A stretch of 64,000 nt of DNA from Malacoraja senta. Its lineage: Eukaryota. The notes beneath the pieces are model-generated. The model made no database searches. It was not told the DNA's origin and saw only the letters and a list, made by a program, of their open reading frames with translations. Below are positions 54,676 through 64,000 of the stretch, one piece after another (positions within the stretch are counted from its first letter, which is position 1; each line of letters opens with the position of its first letter). The stretch is from the NCBI GenBank assembly GCA_038087875.1, contig CM075989.1:1302001-1366000 (forward strand), written 5' to 3'. The translations under genes were made by a program, and so were the position numbers.

Positions 54676-55044
54676 TCATATATATGTATATATGTAATAT
54701 ATATTTATATAGATATACATGTAGGCGTACATACAAATATAAACCAACAGTAATATTGTAAAAAGACAAACCCAATGTCCCCAATTCTGTGTAGTTCAGA
54801 GCTTGCAGTATATGAGGTTGTAGTGTTTAATAGTAAGATTAAACGAGAACTTACCAGTTTGAAGTTTGATCTTTATTTTATGAGGAGTTACGTTGAGGGA
54901 TTACGTGAAGAGCCCGCCAGGGCGCATGCGCGACATATCTTCAAAGCAGTGGTGTGAAATCACAGATACGGTAGTCGAAATAACATAGTAAGATAAGAAC
55001 AATAATACCAGCTGACCTTTATAATAGAGGGTGGGCGTGGAGGG

Positions 55045-55157
55045 CACGTAATCCCTCAACGTAACTCCTCATAAAATAAAGATCAAACTTCAAACTGGTA
55101 AGTTCTCATTTAATCTTCCTATTTTACTTCGGAGTCACGTGAGTGACTACGTGAAGA
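55045..55157. repeat. DIRS copy 2 internal complementary region (ICR)
   Basis: Reverse complement of 54829-54907 joined to the reverse complement of about 59612-59649. Confidence 0.92.
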
Positions 55158-55330
55158 TTTTAAAGCTCTGTGATTTCATGTCACGGAACAAGTCCATGCT
55201 TCACACCCTGCTGTCGTAGACTGAGGAGGAAGTATGTTAACAAATCCAGACATGAATCAATTGTTAAAAAGAAACAACAAGTGATTTATTAACACAAATT
55301 ATAATAATGATCCCTATCCTTCAGGGCGTA

Positions 55331-56312
55331 TTATAAAACAGAACTCAAAATAGTATCTGCAAAAGTCATAGGCTTAGCAACTGGCTTATTATAAAATTCT
55401 TGGAAGGTCTTCTCCCTGGACCATCCTGCCGTACCCAAGATGTGATCCATTGGAACCTCCATGTGCCGTGCTGCCGATGTGGCTGCAGCCCTGGTGGAAT
55501 GAGATTTGAAAATATCAGTATCCACCCCTGCAGCCCCCAAAACCTGTCGAAGCCACCTAGATATTGTTTGGGTCGATACCCTGTTGGGAGGTCTTTTGTG
55601 GCTCACTAATAGTGCCAATTCTTGGCCTCTTTCTTTAGCTGTTAGTTCAATGTAAAGTAACAGATGTGTCATAACGCATAAGCGAACATCTGTAGGGTGT
55701 GCCCGAAACTCTAGTTTGAGGCCTGATGACTGACCCTGGTCTGTTTTGTTTTACCAGTTCATGAATATAAAATGTTGTACCATTTGTCCCTTTGGCCATC
55801 GAGTCCAGTCGTAATTTGTGTAGCGATTGCACCCGCTGGGCCGAGACCAGTGCCATCAGCATTACCAATTTAAGGGTAAGTTTCTCCAGGGACAGGGATG
55901 TTGCTGGTGACCAACCCCGAAGCAACGTCAACACAATACTCACATCCCAAATGTTAGAGTATCTGGCCCTAGGGGGATTCGAGTTAAATATACCCCTCAT
56001 TAGTTTGGAAACCAAGGGGTGAGACCCCAGTGAATGGTGGTCAAATCCCCACCACAAATAGGTGGATAGGGCACTCCTGGTGCTGTTGATGGCACTGTAG
56101 CTAAGCCTTTCATCAAAATGAAGGTTAGAGAGGAACTCCAGGACATTAGTTACAATGGCTGAGTTATACTTAACATTAGTCCTGGAACAATAACGTTCCC
56201 ATTTCCTGATATAAGTCAGGTACTGTTTTCTGGTAGACTCTCTTTGTGCCGCCGCGATCATGTTGATGGTTCGGTCCGTCAGTCCAAGATCCGGAAGTGG
56301 CCTATTCAAATT
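55331..56312 (-). pseudogene. DIRS copy 2 tyrosine recombinase (one frameshift near 55720)
   Basis: SAQRVQSL, KSHSTRAA, AGWS...TFQEFY. Confidence 0.92.
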
Positions 56313-58241
56313 CTGCAAATTAACAGATTAGTCCTGTCATGGCATGGATGACTTTCGCCAGTTACAGGATGGACCATTAAGTCTGGTCTTTTAGTGACGG
56401 CCATACATGGTTTTGAAACCATGTCGAGAACCACAGGGAACCATGGCTGCGTAGGCCAGTCGGGTACTACCAAAATACCTGACGCAGAGTCTTGTTGTAT
56501 TTTGCGTGAGACCCGACTGATGAGGCAGAAGGGGGGAAATGCATAGAAAAACAAATTTCCCCAGTGCAGCGAAAATGCGTCCATAGCTGCTGCCCCAGGG
56601 TCTGGTTCCCACGCAACATATGTCGGCAACTGGTGGTTAAGCCTAGATGCAAATAGATCGATATCTGGTGTTCCATATCTTGCTATGATGTCTGCAAACA
56701 CTTTGAGGTCCAACATCCATTCAGTGTTGTCATTAAATTTCCGTGACCTGGTGTCTGCCACTGAATTAAGTTTACCTGGTAGGTAAATAGCAGATATCCA
56801 AATGTTTCTCTTGATACACCATTGCCAGATTGAATTGGCCAGATCATCACATGATATCGATCTGATTCCACCCATGTGATTAATATAAGCCACCACAGTG
56901 GTATTATCTATTTGCAGGCGAACATGCAAATGATGCATTTTTTAACAGTACGCCTTCAAACCATAGAATGCTCCCAACATTTCCAAATAATTTATACCAA
57001 GTGTATAAAGCAAAGATGATTCATGCACATCCCATCTGCCCCCACAACTGGAGATGGTGTTGGTGGCACCCCAACCTTGAGCGCTGGCATCAGTCTGTAA
57101 TACAACTGACGGGTTGCTAATAATAATGGAGCTGTAGGAACGCCGAATGTTATGTGTCCACCATCGCAGTTCCAAAATAGCTTTTGTTGGTAATTGCATT
57201 GGTCTATCGAAATGACCAGCATGATGTTTAAGTGCTCGCACCTTTGCTCTCTGTAAATTTTGATAGTGCAAAGGTCCAAAGTGTGTCACTGGAAAAACAG
57301 CTATGATTTTGCCAATTACCCTTGCAAGTAGTCTGATAGATGGTTGACTGATGACAGCAAGGTTGCTGCAAACTTCCATTAATTCAGTTGCCTTTCCCCT
57401 AGGTAAAGTCACAGTCATGTGAACTGAATTAATGGTGAATCCCAAATAGTCCATAGTCGTGGATGGTGTTAACTTTGATTTATCTGGATGGATGATAAAC
57501 CCCAGTTTCTCAAATAGACCTATGGTAGCTGTAACAGCTAAATAGGCTAATTCGTAGGTTTTACCCACGATTAGTATGTCATCTAAATACGCCATGACTA
57601 TATGTTTTTGTTTCAGAAGAACCGCCAGAGCTGGTTTCAGTAATTTAGTGAATAATCTGGGGGCTGAGGTCAATCCATTAGGTAGTGCTTTGTACTGCCA
57701 AAGCTGCCCCATCCAGTTAAACTTCAGATATCGGCGGTGATCCTTGTGTATAGGCACCGAATAGTATGCATCTTTTAAATCGATGCATGCCATGAAGTAG
57801 CCTTCGGAAATCAATTGTTTGGCCGTGTCAAAGGTTTCCATTTTGAAGTGAGTATACTGCACAAATGTGTTCAATTGTCTTAAATCAATAATGATGCGAC
57901 ATCCACCATCTTTTTTTCTTTTTTGTGAAAATGTTTGACACAAATTCTTGAGACTCATGTTGAGATCTCTCAATTACACCCTTAGTATAAAGCCTCTTAA
58001 TTTCGGCATGACCATCCAACTTCTCTTGTTGTGATAGTATAAATGATCTGATGGGTGCATGCTGAACCGGAGGAAGGCGTTTGTTTTCGAATTCAATTTC
58101 ATATCCTTGAACACTATGCGGTATATAAGAATCAGAGGTTATTGATCTCCATGCCTCACTAAACCAGTGTAACCTACCACCAACAAGTGTATCCATTGCA
58201 CCCGCTATGTCCTGCGAGGAACCAGACCCACCTACCTCCAT
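56306..58241 (-). pseudogene. DIRS copy 2 pol: RT (YLDD), RNase H and methyltransferase-like domain
   Basis: ORFs 57885..58325, 56942..57973 and 56306..56938. One frameshift in an A-run near 57915 and one in-frame TAA at 56942. Motifs IDLKDAY, AYLDDILI, TDAS, DLFAS, YAFPPF. Confidence 0.92.
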
Positions 58242-58258
58242 GGTTACCAGTGGGGTGT

Positions 58259-59449
58259 TCATCTCTTCTTCTTCTGTTTCTTGGCCGATTGAGGTGCTTG
58301 TATTTGGGGTTGGCGCATCTTCCACGAAGGTCGCTCTGGGCCGTGGTCTAAAAAAGACCTTTGTCCTTGAGCTGCGGCCTTTGAGCTTTCACCAGCTTCG
58401 ATGTGACGTGGCCTGCTGGTGGATGCGTAGGGGTGCTGTCGCCGAGGTATTTTCCCCGATGCCTGATGAGCCCGGCGGCTTTCGCCTCTTCATCCAGGTC
58501 TTTAACCTGTTTGGATAGGTTGCCCCCGAATAACAAAATTGGCGGCGGTGTGGTGTTGGTCTTACACAGATCCGCACATTTGGGGTTCAAGGCTGGGCGG
58601 ATGGAGTACTTACGGAAACAGTTGATCTCGAACTGTGTATTGCAGAGCATCGCCAGCGTATCTTGCTGTGCCTCTGTCATTTCCGTGTCATCCACCGACC
58701 GGGCAAATGCTGTAATCCCAGTTGTTAAAAGTTTGAGGATTTTCTGCATTTGTACCTCCTGTGCCCTTACACCTGCACCAATATGTCCCCAGATGGAGGG
58801 ATTCACTGCTGGGACATTCAGTGAAGTACAGTTCCCTGGTGCCAGGTATTTTGCAGTAGTTTCATTAACTGCCTGTTCTTGTAATTGATGGGTTGATAGG
58901 TAGTCAATGCTGGCTGCTAGTTGTTGTTTCAGCGGCTGCCCTGACTGTGGAGGCACCGTAAACTTTTTCACCATGCCCAGCATCTTCTCTTCTGGCACCC
59001 CCAGCACACTTGAGGTATCTTCAGCCAACCCTTGTTCGGAGTCAGCCCAGAAATGATTCCCAATGCTCCCCTCTGTCGAGGGAGATGCATTGTGCAGCCC
59101 TGAAAAAGGTACTGCCATGGGCTTCCTCGGAGGCCCGTAGTGACTTGACTCCTGCTCACGGAGTTTGTCACGGTGAAGCAATTGCTCCACCAGCCGTTCC
59201 AGACGTGTAATGCGACTACTGTCGCTATCTGCCGGCGGCGTTTGCTCATGGCCCGATACATCGGAGTCCATGAGCGTGTCCCATCTATTGGCGTTCCTGT
59301 CAGCCTGTGGCGACCCAGGCTGCACAGGTGCCGGGACAGAGACCGCTGATCGATGCTGCAGTCGGCTGCTGCTGGCTCCCGGTACTCTCGCGGTCCTCCT
59401 CAGCCAGTTTCTTAGCGGCCCGTTTGGACTTGGTACGGGTCCTGTCCAT
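58259..59449 (-). pseudogene. DIRS copy 2 gag-like ORF (two frameshifts)
   Basis: ATG at 59449 (MDRTRTKSKRAA, homologous to the copy 1 N-terminus). Core is ORF 58348..59325. The C-terminus RSFLDHGPERPSWKMR matches copy 1 RYFLGQGPSRPSWKMR in another frame. Confidence 0.8.
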
Positions 59450-62400
59450 CGTTGTCCTTCCTGGAACAGAAAGACACCCGAAAAAACGACCTCAGAGTAA
59501 GTAACTTACCTGTAGGTCTCTGTTTTAAGCTTACCGCTGCGGGGAGCGGTCCCCCCCCTCCTGTCGCTCTCAATGCGCTAGCGATATGTCGCTCATGCGC
59601 CCTGGCGGGCTCTTCACGTAGTCACTCACGTGACTCCAAAGTAAAATAGCCTGATCACTGTACGGAAGAAGCTGTTCCTGTATCTTCTTCCCAAAGGCAG
59701 GAGGAAATGAGTCTGTGGCCAGAATAGTATAGACCTCTGATGATGCTGGCTCGCTTGTTGAGGCAGTGTCTCTTGTAGATCCCTTCAATGGTGGGGATGT
59801 CAGAACCCGTGATGGACGGGACAGAGTTCACCACTTTTTGCAGTCTTCTTGAGGGATGGTAGTTTTACTTCACAGCCCTGAAGGATTACAATGAATCATG
59901 GAGTCATCCAGCACGGAAATAGGCCCTTCGGCCCAAGTCGTGCATGGCAGCCAAGGTGCCTTTCCCAATGTCTTCTTCATGTTGTTATGCACCTGACTCA
60001 ACTACCTTCTCTGGCAGCACATTCAATATACCCGTCAACCTCTGTGTGAAAAAGTTGTTCCTCGTGCCTATTAAATCTTTTCCCTTCCAGGAATAAAGTT
60101 CTAGCCTGCCCAACCTCTCCCTATAGCTCAGGTGCTCGCTTCTTGACAACATCAGGTGTGCTTTTTGCAATAATAAAAACAGAAAGTGCTGGAAACACTC
60201 AACAGGTCAGGCAGCGCTGGGAGAAAGAAGTGGAAAGAATGTGGGCCCAGTGTAGTAAACCTGCCACAATTTGAAGTGGATGTTCTCCTGGTGAAGACCT
60301 GGAGTGTTAATCTTAGGATCCAAGATGGCGTCCAACCCAGGCAACTCTTTGTGTACTGGTCACAGAAGTGGGTCTGCAATCACGCTTTACATTTGCTCCA
60401 CTCTTTTAAATTTCTATTCTGACAGCAACATTCCTTACTTTAAATCTGCTCTTCGTAATCTCCGTTCAGGCATTCTTTATGGCTGGCTTTATCGTGCACT
60501 AAATGTCATTGACGTTATTCCCTTTATCATTTATCTGTACACTGTGGATGGCTTGATTGGAATCATGTAGGGTCTTTCTGCTGACTGGTTGGCACCCAAC
60601 AAAAGCTTTTCACTGTACCTCGATACACATGACAATGAACTAAACTCAATACAAACTCAACTCAAACTCAACTCCAGCCCTGCCCTAAGTTCACTCTTCT
60701 GATCCGAGCTGTTTGTGCTGTTGCTGCCTGGGCTCCACTGTGTGCCCCAGGCCTATGCTGAGAAAAACAAATAGCTTCCACTCAGGCATTGTGCCCTTTG
60801 GGTGAGTGTTCTGACTCGCCCAGCTGGTGGAGGGGTTGTGGGGAAAGATAAGGTGTAAGTAACATGTGAGAAAGATTGGTCTGTTATCAGAAAAAAAACG
60901 GATAAAATGCCTACATTTCTGAACAGGCAAGTAATGGACTTATTCTATATTGATTCAAAGTTCATTCATTTGAGCAGCATGGTTATATTTTGCCACCACA
61001 ATGTTTATTGACGTTTCACTATGTGGCTACATTCAGCCTAACCAACTTTAAACAAAATAATGCTCAATTGTATGCGGAACAATTGTGTAGAACTGTTGGT
61101 TTATACCAAAGATAGACACAAAGTGCTGGAGTAATGGATACTATTTCTCCAGAGATGCCGCCTGACCCGCTCAGTTACACCAGCACTTTGTATCTCCTTT
61201 AGTGAAGGTGTATGTTCTGCAAGCCCTGCCTCCTGGCAAGTGTAACATTCAAAAACAATTGAGGTGGGAACTATTCCCTTCAATCCCACAGCAGCTCCAA
61301 CCTTCCGCTACAATTCTCACACCCACCCCAAAATCCATCCCGAATTCTCACTCCCTTCCATTAGTAGAATGACGTGAAACGTTCAATGTTGGTTCCACCA
61401 AGACTTCCTCCCAGTCTGGGCCCTGAATGTGGTAGACCTGCCACACGTTCCAGCCACATTCGTGGACCTAGCAGGAATGATTCAATGTACATATTATGTG
61501 CAACTCACTTCTTCTGGGTTCATTATACAAATCGACCATACTTATTAACCTGTTCAGTGCCACCCCTGAGTATACTCAGGCCACGGGCAATAGCAAAATA
61601 TTTTTTGGCAGTGAACAGGTTAAAGTCAGCTCCCTTCTTCTGAAGAGCCCTGACCTGAAATGTCACCCTTCCCCAGATGCTGCCTGACCCATAGAGTTCC
61701 TCCAGCACACTGCGTTTCAACCAGGATTGCATCATCTGCAGTTCCTTAAGTCTCAATATTTATTAAAATGTAAGGCATTGTGTATTTGTACTGCAGTCCA
61801 GTCAGAATAAGTTAGTAGACACAAAAAGCTGGAGTAACTCTCTGGAGAAAAGGAATAGGTGATGTTTCAGTTCAAGACCTTTCTTCAGACTCAGAGTTAA
61901 GAGAGAGGGAAACTAGGTATGAAAAGGTTCAGAACAAGCGTGGCACCGTGGCGCAGCGGTAGAGTTGCTGCCTTATAGCGTTTATAGCACCAGAGACCCG
62001 GCTTCGATCCCAACTACGGAGTTTGTACATTCTCCCCATGACCGTGTGGGTTTTCTCCGAGATCATCGGTTTCCACAAACACTCCAAAGACGTACAGGTT
62101 TGTAGGTTAATTTGGCTTGGTATAAATGTAAAATTGTCCCTGGTGTGTGTAGGATAGTGTTAGTGTGCGGGGATCGCTGGTCAGTGCAGACTCGATGGGC
62201 TGAAGGGCCTTTTTCCCACGTTATATCTCTAAACTAAACTAAACTAAACACACCACAGACGTATTCAGGCATTATTCTGCATCGTTGTGCTGACAGGAGA
62301 CCATCGATGAATGTCTTCCCCATTCTGAGAGTCAAATCTATTTCTGACACACATCACATCCTGCACATTTAGTCAATCTTGTTGGATGGTGCAATATATC

Positions 62401-64000
62401 CTTCTGTGTCCTTTCCCCACTGTCATTACCCTTGTGCCAGTAATGTTAAAAGACAAAAAGCACCTTTTAAAAAAGTTTTAAAGACATTTATGAAATGCAG
62501 GTTCTTTGGATGATTGACATAATCTGATAAACATCTTTGTTTAGCTCAGTTTAGTTTAGAGATACAGCGCAGAAACAGGCCCTTCAACCCATCGAGTCTG
62601 CGCTGACCAGAAATCCCTGTACATTAATCCTACACACACTAGGGACAATTTACACTTATACCAAGCCAATTAACCTGCAAACCTGTACATCTTTGGAGAA
62701 TGGGAGGAAACTGGAGATCCCAGAGTAAACCCATGCAGATCAGGAGGAGAACGTACAAACTCCATACAGACAGCACCCATAGTCAGGATTGAACTCTAGT
62801 GCTGTAAGGCAGCAGCTCTACCGTGTCGCCCGTTTGAATCTGTCTTCATAACAAGTCAGTTGGGATAAAGCAAGTAAAGTTACAAGAAGCTGGAGTAACT
62901 CAACAGGTCAGGCAGCAGGTACACAAAAATGCTGAAGAAACTCAACGGGTGCAGCAGCATCTATGGAGCTTTACACAGAAATGCTGGAGAAACTCAGCGG
63001 GTGCAGCAGCATCTATGGTCAGGCAGCATCTCTGCAAAACATAGGCAGGTGACATTTCAGGTCAGACCGCTTGTGGTGGTGGGAGGGGTGAAAGCTGGAA
63101 GAGAGGCGGAGCAGGACCAAGCTTGGCAGGTAATAGGTGAACACAGGTGAGGGTGGCTATTGATAGGCGGGTGGTTGGACCAGAAATGAAAAAAAAACAG
63201 GAGTTAGAGAAAAGGATTGAAGAGTTGTGATTTGTGAAGTCATAGGAAGGAATGTAGGTGTCAGGAGAGGGTGAGTGTAGAAATAGATGTGAATCCAGGT
63301 GGGGCACAGGGGAGGGGGGGGGTAAGAAAGTGGGGTGCATGGGAGAAAGGGAAGGGGGACTGGGTGGGAGTTGTTTAAGTTTCCAAATGTTGGATCGTTT
63401 TTGAATCAGTAGAAGGGTCCTGACCTGAGGCAACACCTACTCATGTTCTCCAGAGATGTAGCCTGACCTACTGCACTACTCCACCACAATGTGTCTTATT
63501 TTACAAACCATCATCTGCAGTTCCTTGCTTCTACATTCTTCCCCATCAATAGTCAGCGCGGAATAGAGGAGAAAATATGTAGGGTGATCACTGTGGGAAT
63601 AATAAGGTGGTATGAACAGGTGATTTTACCTTCCTGACATTGACTGGCAGTGCCACACTGTGAAGCATTTGGACGCGATTTGTTAAATGCATCCAGAAAG
63701 TTTTCTCAAGCAATAAGTAGATGGGTCCACTCTACAGCAGTCAACACATGACCTTTATTGGCAATGAGGCAGGACAAATGGCTGAGGTGTCAGTGGGGGA
63801 ATATTCTAGGCACAGGGCGGCATGGTGGTGCAGTGGTAGAGTTGCTGCCTTACAGCGCCAGAGATCCAGGTTTGACCCGAGTTGTTGGGAGAGTCCAGAA
63901 CCAAGAGTCACAGATTAAGAATAAGGGGTCGGCCATTTAGGGCTGAGATGAGGAAAAACTTTTTCACCCAGAGAGTTGTCAATCTGTGGAATTCTCTGCC

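Larger units (their letters stand above)
54829..59649 (-). mobile_element. DIRS1-type tyrosine-recombinase retrotransposon, copy 2 (full length, few lesions), inserted in a LINE 3' fragment
   Basis: gag, RT/RH/MT and YR. Inverted repeats at about 54902-54938 and 59584-59620. ICR at 55045-55157. aatag occurs at both junctions. Confidence 0.95.

Noticed and set aside
55331..56312. Phage or bacterial integrase contamination
   Set aside because: The YR is embedded in a complete DIRS structure integrated into host repeats.
62314..62392. Possible terminal AGBL1 exon after tgacag
   Set aside because: The phase-2 translation does not resemble the acidic CCP C-terminal region; unsupported.

Overview
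Eukaryotic, repeat-dense vertebrate DNA. The repeat content (CR1/HER1-type LINEs, HE1/V-SINE-like SINEs, Penelope fragments) points to a cartilaginous fish such as a skate or ray; this is an inference. The window lies inside a large-intron host gene on the + strand. Three spliced exons (35391-35520, 37090-37221, 42209-42363) encode the C-terminal M14 catalytic region of a cytosolic carboxypeptidase, best matching AGBL1/CCP4. The exon expected to carry the catalytic Glu is not visible and probably falls in the 200-N gap. The rest is intronic and largely nested transposons: CR1, Rex/Babar, Tx1, a Vingi-like LINE, Penelope fragments with hammerhead-like motifs, and PIF/Harbinger and hAT-like non-autonomous elements. 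The most interesting part is two full-length but mutated DIRS1-type tyrosine-recombinase retrotransposons from different subfamilies (48423-53309 and 54829-59649, both minus strand). Comparing them shows conserved, in-phase expression signals: a 74-nt leader intron with tandem donors, a U-UUU-UUA slippery/acceptor site at the gag-pol junction, and an ATG-GAG|GTAGGT donor that joins in frame to an ATG-less recombinase ORF. Together these suggest splicing/frameshift control of gag, pol and YR. All calls were made by eye; no database search was run.
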